Source of the DNA: an uncultured Myxococcales bacterium
GTDB taxonomy: Bacteria; Myxococcota_A; UBA9042; CAIXZC01
Length of the DNA: 27,944 nt
Assembly (NCBI GenBank): GCA_964406905.1
Contig: CAYOTU010000002.1
Coordinates: forward strand, 1 to 27,944
Reading direction: 5' to 3'
Numbering within the stretch: position 1 is the first letter of the stretch; every line of letters starts with the position of its first letter. The notes beneath the pieces are model-generated. The model did not search any database. It saw only the letters and a list, made by a program, of their open reading frames with translations, and was not told where the DNA came from. Shown here one piece after another: positions 1 through 8,192 of this stretch. The translations under genes were made by a program, and so were the position numbers.

Positions 1-245
1 TTCAGGGTGTAGCCCCGGGAGAGGGTGAGCTGCTTCTTCGAGGCCTCGGACCAGAAGTCGAGGGTTCCGTGGCGCTTGTCCTCGTTGCGCTGGACTCGCA
101 TGGAAATCGTGGAAGCGTCCGTGGATACGGCCAGCAGGTCGTATCGTCCTGTGCGCTTGCGCTCAGCGTAGCCGTCCGGGGTGCGGATGGAGACGCAGCT
201 CGAAGCGAGCGCGGCCAACAGCAGTATTGCCAACATGGTTTTCAT
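1..245 (-). CDS. Putative lipoprotein, truncated at the left window edge (absent from the ORF track)
   Basis: Manual translation from ATG at 245: MKTMLAILLLAALASSCVSIRTPDGYAERKRTGRYDLLAVSTDASTISMRVQRNEDKRHGTLDFWSEASKKQLTLSRGYTL. No stop before the edge; signal peptide ending LASSC; GAGGAGG RBS upstream; starts 10 nt after the DUF4349 stop. Confidence 0.85.
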   Translation of the reverse strand, partial: MKTMLAILLLAALASSCVSIRTPDGYAERKRTGRYDLLAVSTDASTISMRVQRNEDKRHGTLDFWSEASKKQLTLSRGYTL

Positions 246-255
246 GGCGCCCTCC

Positions 256-1014
256 TCACCGCATCAGGGTTTCGAGTCCGAGCTCGTCCAGCCACTCCCA
301 GGGCAGGCGGAAGGTCCGCCGGGCCCCGGAGTGGGCGAGCCGGAAGGTCACGGTCACGGTGGCCATGGCCACCTGGCTACCGAGGAGGCGTCGTCGCCCC
401 TCCATGCTCTCGATCTCCTCGACGACCCGCGCTATCTCCCGCTGGACGGCGAGTTTCTCCTCGAGCTTGCCCGCCTCGTCCAGGAGCGCGCGGAGGGACA
501 CGAGGTATTCGCGCTTCGTCTTCAGGCGCAGCTCGAGGTCGTGGTACTCCGCGGTGATGTCCCGGGTACGGATGTCCGTGAGCCGGTCGTCAACGCGGCC
601 GAGCTTCCGGAGCATGGGCTCCACGAGCGCGAAGTGCTCCGAGGGGATCCGCAGGACCAGGGTGTTGGCCGTGGTCTGCTGCATGTGGCCGCCCTTCTTT
701 GCCACGAAGTCCACCAGGGCCTGCTGCGCATGCTTCACGTCGTAGACGCCCACGGTGAAGCATCCGGTGTAGATGATCATCCTGCGGACCGCGGGTGCAG
801 TGGCGGGCTCGCCGCCGACATCCCCGGCCATGCGGGTCCGATCCAGAGGCTTCTCCGGGGCAGGCATCATGACGCCGACACCACCGGATGGTTCCATTCT
901 CTTTTCTTCGACCTCCCTATGGTAGGCCGACTCTGCGTCCTGGTACATCATCCCGCCGCAGCCGGCGAGCAAGAGCGTCGGCGCTACGACAAGCGCAAGC
1001 ATCCACCTCGTCAC
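256..1014 (-). CDS. DUF4349 domain lipoprotein
   Basis: Lipobox LAGC; GTG start with GGAGG RBS 6 nt upstream; motifs LVLRIPSEHF, DITAEYHDLELRL, IESMEGRRRLL, VAMATVTVTF typical of DUF4349. Confidence 0.85.
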   Translation of the reverse strand: MTRWMLALVVAPTLLLAGCGGMMYQDAESAYHREVEEKRMEPSGGVGVMMPAPEKPLDRTRMAGDVGGEPATAPAVRRMIIYTGCFTVGVYDVKHAQQALVDFVAKKGGHMQQTTANTLVLRIPSEHFALVEPMLRKLGRVDDRLTDIRTRDITAEYHDLELRLKTKREYLVSLRALLDEAGKLEEKLAVQREIARVVEEIESMEGRRRLLGSQVAMATVTVTFRLAHSGARRTFRLPWEWLDELGLETLMR

Positions 1015-1028
1015 GTGTTACCTCCTTT

Positions 1029-1078
1029 TTTCGTCTCGATTCGATTCGACTTGTATCGTATCGTCTCGGTTCGACTCG
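1029..1078. repeat. Degenerate pentamer tandem array, (nnTCG) x10
   Basis: tttcg tctcg attcg attcg acttg tatcg tatcg tctcg gttcg actcg; 9 of 10 units end in TCG. Confidence 0.8.
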
Positions 1079-1087
1079 GTCCAATAT

Positions 1088-1100
1088 GTTGTGTTACAAC
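1088..1100. promoter_or_regulatory. Palindrome GTTGT-N3-ACAAC, possible transcription-factor operator
   Basis: Perfect 5-bp inverted repeat in an AT-richer patch between divergent DUF4349 and gltS, 38 nt upstream of the gltS ATG. Confidence 0.3.
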
Positions 1101-1138
1101 TGAACACGCCCGCATTTGCCGCCGACTGAGGAGGGCTG

Positions 1139-2341
1139 ATGACCATTGAACTCGGGCTTGTCGGGACCGGCGCCGCGTCCCTGGCGGTCCTGTTCCTCGG
1201 ATACCTGCTGAATGCCTGGATCCCGTTCCTGCGCAACAACAATATCCCCGAGCCGGTGGTCGGCGGGATCACCTTTGCGCTGGTGAGCAGCCTGGTCTAC
1301 TCCTTCGCTGATCTGACGATTCGTTTTGATATGACGCTCAAGACCCCGTTGATGCTGGTGTTCTTTACCACCGTGGGGCTGGGCGCCAGCTTCAAGCTCC
1401 TGGTCCGGGGCGGACCCAAAGTTCTCATCTTTCTCGGGGTGGCGACCCTCTACCTGTTGATCCAGAACGGCGCCGGGGTCTTCCTGGCATGGGCAGCGGA
1501 CATTCATCCCCTCCTGGGGCTCCTCTCGGGGTCGATTACTCTGTCGGGAGGCCACGGCACCGGGGTGACCTACGCTGAACTGTTCCGGGACGTACACAAC
1601 CTTCAGGGGACCATGGAGTTAGCCATGGCATGCGCTACCTTCGGCCTGGTCCTCGGGGGCCTGATCGGTGGCCCGGTCACCAAGCGGCTGATCAGGAAGC
1701 ACGGCCTGAAGCCCACGGACGAGGCCCTGAAGGACAGCACGGAAACCATCACCTATGACCCGGAAGACCGGGACCAGGTCACCCCGCGCCGGATGATGGA
1801 GACCATGTTCGTCATTACCCTCTGCATGGCCGGGGGCGGCGCGATCTACTCCTGGCTCATGGGCATGGGCCTCACTATCCCGTCGTTTATCTGCTCTCTT
1901 TTCCTGGGCCTCACGATCACGAACATCCTGGATTTCACGAAGGTCTATCGCCTGAATAAGGAGACCTTGGACCTCTGGGGCACCATCGCGTTGTCGATTT
2001 TCCTGGCCATGGCCCTCATGTCCCTGCGGCTATGGGAGCTGCTCAACCTGGCAGGCCCGATCCTGATGATACTCCTGGTCCAGACCGCAATCGTCGCTGT
2101 CTTCACATATCACGTCACCTTCCGGCTCATGGGGCGGGACTACGACGCGGCCATCATCGCAGGTGGACATTGCGGCTTCGGCCTGGGCGCTACCCCCACC
2201 GCTGTGGCGAACATGGAAGCACTTGTCTCCCGCTACGGCCCCTCGCCCCAGGCCTTCCTGGTGGTGCCCATGGTGGGCGCGTTTTTCATCGACATCACCA
2301 ACGCGCTGGTGATCCAGATGTACTTCCGGTTCGTGATATAG
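1139..2341 (+). CDS. gltS: Sodium/glutamate symporter (ESS family)
   Basis: 400 aa, hydrophobic; GltS motifs IPEPVVGG, GSITLSGGHGTG, GHCGFGLGATPTAVANM, AFLVVPMVGAFFID; GAGGAGG RBS. Confidence 0.95.
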   Translation: MTIELGLVGTGAASLAVLFLGYLLNAWIPFLRNNNIPEPVVGGITFALVSSLVYSFADLTIRFDMTLKTPLMLVFFTTVGLGASFKLLVRGGPKVLIFLGVATLYLLIQNGAGVFLAWAADIHPLLGLLSGSITLSGGHGTGVTYAELFRDVHNLQGTMELAMACATFGLVLGGLIGGPVTKRLIRKHGLKPTDEALKDSTETITYDPEDRDQVTPRRMMETMFVITLCMAGGGAIYSWLMGMGLTIPSFICSLFLGLTITNILDFTKVYRLNKETLDLWGTIALSIFLAMALMSLRLWELLNLAGPILMILLVQTAIVAVFTYHVTFRLMGRDYDAAIIAGGHCGFGLGATPTAVANMEALVSRYGPSPQAFLVVPMVGAFFIDITNALVIQMYFRFVI

Positions 2342-2351
2342 GGGAGGTGGC

Positions 2352-3809
2352 ATGAAACGATACATTGGGGTACTGCCGCTGCTCCTCCTTGTCATCGCCG
2401 CAGGCGCCTGCCGCAAGGGGCCACCCGAGGACGCGGTCAAGGCCCGCCTTCAGGAGAGGGTCGATCTGCACTTCGGTGAGGGGACCTTCATCCTGGAGGA
2501 TTTCGATCGCAGGGGCAGCCATCCCTTCAACGTGGAAGGCGACGACCGTGCCCGCCTCCTGACCTACTACGATGCGTCCCTGGTCTTCGGGAAGCAATAT
2601 AGCCTAGCCGGATGGGACGAGCCCAACGTCGGCTCACTAGTTACGATCCTGGGCGCCAAGGCTCGGGGGGTCGAGGGTGTCGTTGCCGCGGGGAATGCAG
2701 CGGGGGACAGGCTGGAGGTCCACGGCGCGGTTGCCTGGGTGAAGGGCGACGACGGCTGGGAGCCGGTGGACTTCGTTGCGGAGGACGCGCCGCGGACGGG
2801 GCCGGACTCCGAGGAGCCGGAGCCGTACCGCAAGCGCCTCGCCGAGTTGGAGGCCCTCGGCGGGAAGCTCATCCGGGCGGGGATGCCCCTGGCCGCGGCC
2901 AACCTGGAGCAGGACCTTGTCAGGCTGCATACCCGGCACTCCCTGTTCCTGGCCCACCGGTCCGGGAGCGTCGCCATCCTCACCGGGGATACAGCGGGGA
3001 TCTACCACCCCCTGGGCGTCAGCCTAGCGAACGCGCTCCTGACGCAGGGGATCGACGCGGCGGCCTTCCCGACCTCGGGGAGCCCGGAGAACATCGCGCT
3101 CCTGCGTCCCGTCCTCCCGAACGTCTTCGCCCTGGTTCAGGCGGACGTGGCGCGCATGGCCTTTGAAGGAGTAGCGGTCGAACCTCCGTTCTCGAGCCTG
3201 CGCGCGGTGGGAGCCCTCTATCCCGAGGCGATCCATGTGGTGGTCGGTGCTGGGTCCGGGATCAGTAGCGTCAAGGATCTTCGAGGCCGAGCCATCACCG
3301 CGGGCGATGCGGGCACCGGCTCCCTGCTGAACGCTGTCCAGGTCTTCCACGCTACGGGTTGGGATTGGGACTGGAAGCGGGACATGGTGGTGATGCCCAT
3401 GGGCGAGGTCCCGTCAGCCTTTGCCGCGGGGAGCGTGGATGCGCTGGTCATCACGTCGGCCTACCCGTCGCCGGTGATCCGAAAGATCGCAGCGGTTCAG
3501 CCCATCCGGATCCTGTCGATTGAGCCGGAGGTCTCCGCGCGTCTTCAGCAGAAAAACCGGGATCTGATCCCCGTCCGCATCCCCGCTGGGACCTATGCGT
3601 GGCAGAACGACGCGGTCGAGACCGTAGGGGTCACCGCGCTCCTGGTCACCCGTGAGGAGACCCCGGACGAGGTCGTCCGCCGCGTCGAGGACCTCGTGTT
3701 CGGCGATGCGGCCGTGCTGGCAAAGGTCGGGACAGCGGGTGCGATGGTGTCACGGGAGAAGCGAGAGGTCGGCGTGGGGATCCCCTTCCACGTCGCTGTT
3801 GCTCCCTGA
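2352..3809 (+). CDS. TAXI-family solute-binding protein with an extra N-terminal domain of about 200 aa; possible lipoprotein
   Basis: C-terminal TAXI motifs TGDTAGIYHPLG, TSGSPENI, ALVQAD, LYPEAIHVVV, SVKDLRGR, GSGSLLNA-like segment, IPAGTY; signal peptide ending AGAC; GGAGG RBS 10 nt after the gltS stop. Confidence 0.85.
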   Translation: MKRYIGVLPLLLLVIAAGACRKGPPEDAVKARLQERVDLHFGEGTFILEDFDRRGSHPFNVEGDDRARLLTYYDASLVFGKQYSLAGWDEPNVGSLVTILGAKARGVEGVVAAGNAAGDRLEVHGAVAWVKGDDGWEPVDFVAEDAPRTGPDSEEPEPYRKRLAELEALGGKLIRAGMPLAAANLEQDLVRLHTRHSLFLAHRSGSVAILTGDTAGIYHPLGVSLANALLTQGIDAAAFPTSGSPENIALLRPVLPNVFALVQADVARMAFEGVAVEPPFSSLRAVGALYPEAIHVVVGAGSGISSVKDLRGRAITAGDAGTGSLLNAVQVFHATGWDWDWKRDMVVMPMGEVPSAFAAGSVDALVITSAYPSPVIRKIAAVQPIRILSIEPEVSARLQQKNRDLIPVRIPAGTYAWQNDAVETVGVTALLVTREETPDEVVRRVEDLVFGDAAVLAKVGTAGAMVSREKREVGVGIPFHVAVAP

Positions 3810-3876
3810 TCGCAAATCCTCGCGTTGGACGATACAATGACCGCGCCGGGATGACCGGCGGAACATGGAGTTGAGC

Positions 3877-6800
3877 ATGAAGGCATTTCGTCAGGTAACC
3901 ATTCTTCTCGTTGTGTTTGCCCTGGCCGCCTGCGGCAGCCGTTCGGACGGGACCGAGCCCGGCGAGGATTTTACCGGGGGTGAGGACGCGGCCATCGATA
4001 CGGAGCAGTACGACGCCGTTGACTTGAGCAATGAGGACGGCTTTGAGGATTTTGCGCCGCTGCCGGACAGCCTTGAGGACAGCCTGGAGGACAGCCTGGA
4101 GGACAGCCTCGAGGACAGCCTGGAGGACAGCCTGGAGGACAGCCTCGAAGACAGCCTCGAGGACGTGATTGAGCCTCCGCCACCGGGGGAGCTGGTGATC
4201 ACCGAGTGCGGCGATCTCCCCGCGCTTGACGAGGGTTCATGCAGCATCCAGGAGGGCTCCGCGGTGATCGTCCTGCGTGGCGTCGTCCTGGCCCCCTGGG
4301 AGGTGTTCAAGGGCGGCGAGGTGGTGATCTCCTCCGGCGGGGATATAGCGTGCGTGGGCTGCGACTGCTCCGGCCAGCCCGAGTACGCGGGCGCGACGGT
4401 GATCACCTGCCCCGACGGGATCGTCTCCCCCGGCCTGATCAACGCGCACGATCACCTTACCTACGACGGGAATTATCCTGGAGACTGGGGGACCGAGCGC
4501 TTCGAGCACCGCCACGACTGGCGCTGCGGGATCCGCGGGCACAACGAGCAGCCTTACAACCAGGACAAACTGGAGACCCAGGTGATCTGGGCCGAGCTGC
4601 GCCACGTCCTCGGCGGGGCCACGTCCATCGCAGGAGCGGGCAACGCGCCGGGTTTCCTGCGCAATCTTGATCGTGACAACTGGATGGAGGGCCTGGACAT
4701 CGATGGTGGGGACTACAACACCTTCCCCCTGGGCGACTGGGACTGCACGCTCAAGTCCGAGGGCTGTGACTACCCGGGCATCGACGGCAAATGGGTCCTG
4801 AGCAACACCTGCTACATCCCCCATGTGGCCGAGGGCATCGACAAAGAGACTCGCAACGAGTTCCTATGCCTCTCCTCCGATGAGAACGGCGGCGTGGACC
4901 TCACCGAGTTCAACAGCGCCTATATTCACGCTGTGGGCCTGAAGGCCGTGGACGTGGCAGAGATGGCGGTCAACGGTACGGCCTTGATCTGGTCTCCCCG
5001 CACCAACATCTCCCTGTACGGGCACACCGCGCAGGTGACCTTGTTCCAAAACCTGGGCGCTCGCATCGGCCTGGGCTCGGATTGGACCTTGAGCGGTTCG
5101 ATCAACATGCTGCGAGAGCTGAACTGCGCGGCCTACCTGAACGACAACCACTTCGACAGCTTTTTCACGGACCACGAGCTGTGGCTCATGGCCACCACAT
5201 GGAACGCTGAGGCCCTCCACATGGAGACCGCGATGGGTTCCCTCATTGAGGGCCTGGTAGGCGACGTCGCTATCTTCCAGGGAGACGGCACCGATGACTG
5301 GTTCCGGTACATCTTCAACGCGGATCCTTCGCAGGTCCTCCTGGTGCTGCGGGGCGGGATCCCCCTGTACGGCGACATCGACCTGGTGGGTGCGGTCTCC
5401 GGCGGCGGCGTGGGCTGCGAGGAGCTCCCCGCACCGGAGTGTCTGGCGGGCAAGGCTGTGTGTATTGAGGCGGAGACCGGCGAGACATATGTCTCGCTCC
5501 TGCCCACGAACGCGATGAACTACCCCCTCGCCTACTGCGGCGTGCCCGAGGGCGAGGTCACCTGCGTGCCCTTCCGGGAGGGGGAGTTCGACGGGACGAT
5601 TACCGAGGACGACATTGACGGCGACGGGGTCCCGAACGAGCAGGACAACTGCCCCGCGATCTTCAATCCCGGCCGACCCCTGGACAACGGTCTCCAGGCG
5701 GACCATGACCAGGACGGGGAGGGCGATGTCTGCGACGTCTGCCCTCTCCAGGCATTTACCGACGAATGCGAGCCGCCGGACCCGGGCGACAAGGACGCTG
5801 ATACGGTCCCCAACGCGGAGGACAACTGCCCCGCTGACTACAACCCGGACCAGGAGGACGTGGATCAGGACGACAAGGGTGACGCGTGTGACCTCTGTCC
5901 GGAGTTCGCCAACCCCGGGGACGCACCCTGTCCCGCGACGATCTACGACATCAAGACCGGGGCCATGCCCCTCGGGGCCAAGGTCAGCTTGGGCGGCGTG
6001 GTCACAGCGGTGGCCTCCCTCCGGTTCTGGATCCAGGTCCCCGAGGACGAGCAGACCCTTGAGTACGGGTACAAGTTCAGCGGTGTCTACGCGTACGTCC
6101 CGTCCTCCAACCCAGGGAACATCACGATCCCCGAGGTGGGGGATCGCGTGGAGTTCACAGCGGCCGTGAAGGACTGGATGGGCCAGATCCAACTCGACTG
6201 GGTGGAGGACCTCGAGATAGTCGAATCCGACGTGCCGCTGCCGACCCCGGTGGACGTGACCCCGGACCAGGTGGCCACGGGCGGTGAGGACGCGGTCGCG
6301 TACGAGGGCGTCCTGGTCAAGGTGACCCAGCAGGTCGTCACAGAGCTGATCCCGGACTACGGCGAATTCGTTCTGGCGGGTTCCCTGACAGTGGGCGACA
6401 ACATCTGGCTGATGGAGCCCTTCCCCGCAATCGACGACATCCTCACCGTCACCGGGCCGCTCATGTGGACCTATGACGACTCCAAGCTGGAGCCCCGGGG
6501 ACCCCAGGACATTATCGAGGAGCTGGGCCTGGCGACCTTCGGCCCGTCCCCGGTCTTCCTCCTGGCCGACGGCGTCTCGACCCCCGCGCCGCCCCTCGTA
6601 GCGACGCTGACAGTGCCGGCCCCGGACGAGGGCCTGGAGGTCGTGTTCGAGTCCTCCAACGTCGATATCTTCCCGGACACGCTCCTCTCATTCGACGCGG
6701 GCTCGGACAGCATGGAGATCGGGCTCTCGACGTCCTACGAGTCCGAGACCATCGAGACCGTGACCGTGAGTGTATCTTACGACGGCAAGACCCTGTCCGC

Positions 6801-7641
6801 GGACGTGATCGTGATTTCGCCGACCTATGTGCCGGCCCCCGTAGCGTTCGAGCCGGCTGTGGTGGCCGCTGTAATGGACGAGGAGACAGAGATCCTGGTG
6901 CGCCTTGATGTCCCCGGGCTTACGGGCGAAGTCGAGGTCTTTCTCGAAGTCCTGGGCGAGGGAGATCTCATAGCGACGGTCCCCGCCAGCGTCATCGTGC
7001 CCATGGGGGCACAGTCGGCGACCTTCGTTGTCACGGGGCTCGAGGCGGGTGTCGCGCAATTGAGAGCGTGGAATGACGGGGGTGAGGTGATCTCGGACCT
7101 GGAGGTCCTGGATATCCCCGCGGTGGGCCTGATCCTCACGGAGATCCTCTACGACGTGCCGAGCGGTGACAGCGGCTACGAGTGGGTGGAGATCTTCAAC
7201 GGCACGACCGATACCATCGACCTCTCAGGATACTCCCTGGCAAACGGCGGGACCTCCTACACCAGCGCAGTCTGGCAGTTGGAGGGGACCCTCCAGCCGG
7301 GGCAGTGCATGCTCATCGGCGGGCCGCTCTCCGAAGAGGCGAACGCATTCCCAATCTACGACCTGGAGTTGGACTTTGACCCCGACATCCAGAACTCCGG
7401 CCCCAAGGCCGACGGCGTGGCCCTCTTCGCAGTGCCCGCAGCTCAGGTCACCGACACCACGGTACCGGTGGACGCAGTGCTCTACGGAGACTCCAACGAC
7501 AACGGCCTATGGGACGAGACCGGCGCTGCCGGAGAGGTGGACGTGGGCGACGCGAGCTCCGGGGCATCGATATCGAGGGGCAGCGAGGGCTGGGAGGTCA
7601 CCCCGGATCCAACCCCGAACGATTGCTCTCACGCGTTGTAG
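3877..7641 (+). CDS. Large lipoprotein: amidohydrolase domain + thrombospondin type-3 repeats + OB-fold pair + Ig-like region + lamin-tail domain
   Basis: Lipobox LAAC; amidohydrolase metal motifs PGLINAHDH, HVAEG, IHAVG, GLGSDW; DxDxDG...DNCP repeats; OB-like GGVVTAV...GDRVEFTAAV and YEGVLVKV; LTD ILTEILYD...EWVEIFN...IDLSGYSL. Start at 3877 preferred over 3865 because GGAG lies 6 nt upstream. Confidence 0.88.
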   Translation: MKAFRQVTILLVVFALAACGSRSDGTEPGEDFTGGEDAAIDTEQYDAVDLSNEDGFEDFAPLPDSLEDSLEDSLEDSLEDSLEDSLEDSLEDSLEDVIEPPPPGELVITECGDLPALDEGSCSIQEGSAVIVLRGVVLAPWEVFKGGEVVISSGGDIACVGCDCSGQPEYAGATVITCPDGIVSPGLINAHDHLTYDGNYPGDWGTERFEHRHDWRCGIRGHNEQPYNQDKLETQVIWAELRHVLGGATSIAGAGNAPGFLRNLDRDNWMEGLDIDGGDYNTFPLGDWDCTLKSEGCDYPGIDGKWVLSNTCYIPHVAEGIDKETRNEFLCLSSDENGGVDLTEFNSAYIHAVGLKAVDVAEMAVNGTALIWSPRTNISLYGHTAQVTLFQNLGARIGLGSDWTLSGSINMLRELNCAAYLNDNHFDSFFTDHELWLMATTWNAEALHMETAMGSLIEGLVGDVAIFQGDGTDDWFRYIFNADPSQVLLVLRGGIPLYGDIDLVGAVSGGGVGCEELPAPECLAGKAVCIEAETGETYVSLLPTNAMNYPLAYCGVPEGEVTCVPFREGEFDGTITEDDIDGDGVPNEQDNCPAIFNPGRPLDNGLQADHDQDGEGDVCDVCPLQAFTDECEPPDPGDKDADTVPNAEDNCPADYNPDQEDVDQDDKGDACDLCPEFANPGDAPCPATIYDIKTGAMPLGAKVSLGGVVTAVASLRFWIQVPEDEQTLEYGYKFSGVYAYVPSSNPGNITIPEVGDRVEFTAAVKDWMGQIQLDWVEDLEIVESDVPLPTPVDVTPDQVATGGEDAVAYEGVLVKVTQQVVTELIPDYGEFVLAGSLTVGDNIWLMEPFPAIDDILTVTGPLMWTYDDSKLEPRGPQDIIEELGLATFGPSPVFLLADGVSTPAPPLVATLTVPAPDEGLEVVFESSNVDIFPDTLLSFDAGSDSMEIGLSTSYESETIETVTVSVSYDGKTLSADVIVISPTYVPAPVAFEPAVVAAVMDEETEILVRLDVPGLTGEVEVFLEVLGEGDLIATVPASVIVPMGAQSATFVVTGLEAGVAQLRAWNDGGEVISDLEVLDIPAVGLILTEILYDVPSGDSGYEWVEIFNGTTDTIDLSGYSLANGGTSYTSAVWQLEGTLQPGQCMLIGGPLSEEANAFPIYDLELDFDPDIQNSGPKADGVALFAVPAAQVTDTTVPVDAVLYGDSNDNGLWDETGAAGEVDVGDASSGASISRGSEGWEVTPDPTPNDCSHAL
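4066..4164 (+). repeat. 12-bp in-frame tandem repeat (DSLE x8 plus D)
   Basis: Unit GACAGCCTBGAR repeated 8 times with only synonymous variation. Confidence 0.95.
5608..5901 (+). repeat. Thrombospondin type-3 (Ca-binding) protein repeats
   Basis: DDIDGDGVPNEQDNCP...QADHDQDGEGDVCD and DKDADTVPNAEDNCP...QEDVDQDDKGDACD. Confidence 0.85.
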
Positions 7642-7655
7642 TACGGGGGAGCTGA

Positions 7656-7979
7656 TCATTTCCCCCGCGTTCGAAGGAACACCTGGACAGCTTCTTTTAC
7701 TGTGCCGCTTGTTTCCTCGACGATTTCGATGCCGGCTGCGTCGAGCGCCTGCTTTGCCTTTGGGCCGACGCTCCCGGTCAGCACGACCGTCGCCCCGGAG
7801 TTGGCGATCAGCGCCGCGGTCGCGGGTCCTGCGCCGCTGGCCTGGTATGCGTTCGAATTACCGACGACCCCGAACCGCATCGTATCCGAGTCGACAATGA
7901 CGTAGTAGGGAGCCCGGCCGAACCTTGGTTCGACCAGTGCGTTACTCGATCCTCCGGTGGCAGAGACAGCGATTTTCAT
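7656..7979 (-). CDS. NifB/NifX-family molybdenum-iron cluster-binding protein (IssA/MTH1175-like)
   Basis: MKIAVSA...RFGRAPYYVIVD...GAGPATAALI...VVLTGSVGPKA...AGIEI...TVKEAV; ATG at 7979 with GGAGAGG RBS; 107 aa. Confidence 0.9.
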   Translation of the reverse strand: MKIAVSATGGSSNALVEPRFGRAPYYVIVDSDTMRFGVVGNSNAYQASGAGPATAALIANSGATVVLTGSVGPKAKQALDAAGIEIVEETSGTVKEAVQVFLRTRGK

Positions 7980-8012
7980 GTCCTCTCCGATTGATGCTTG
8001 CAAACAGACCGC

Positions 8013-8041
8013 ATGATACCGGGCGATGCGAGATATTTCAA
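8013..8041 (-). promoter_or_regulatory. Sigma70-type promoter for the NifB/NifX gene
   Basis: TTGAAA-17 bp-TATCAT on the minus strand; the -10 box ends 33 nt upstream of the ATG. Confidence 0.6.
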
Positions 8042-8152
8042 AGAGTCATGAACGCATGGGGCACCGGCGGTCTCCGCCGCCACGTCTTTTCCTGCCCCCT
8101 GCCGCTACCTGTGCAGGCTGCAACCGACGGCTGTCCGGCTCGCGCCGATGAG

Positions 8153-8170
8153 GAGGAGTGGATACTCCTC
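8153..8170. terminator. Short hairpin downstream of the LRR gene
   Basis: GAGGAGT-ggat-ACTCCTC, 7-bp stem; no U-tract, so terminator function is uncertain. Confidence 0.25.
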
Positions 8171-8192
8171 AATCACTGGCTGGTATTTGCTT

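Noticed and set aside
181-1149. Long plus-strand ORF of 322 aa, and similar antisense ORFs at 4864-6192, 15953-16741, 23156-24364 and 25684-26574
   Set aside because: These are shadows of well-supported genes on the opposite strand; long antisense ORFs are expected in GC-rich DNA and they carry no family motifs.
3810-3838. Promoter for the amidohydrolase gene (TCGCAA-17-TACAAT)
   Set aside because: Good -10 box but only a 3/6 match at -35; too weak to list as a feature.
4066-4164. Tandem repeats as a possible CRISPR array
   Set aside because: The 12-bp units have no spacers, lie in frame within a CDS, and no cas genes are present.
7656-7979. Nitrogen-fixation locus
   Set aside because: The NifB/NifX domain is widespread in non-diazotrophs and no other nif gene is present in the window.
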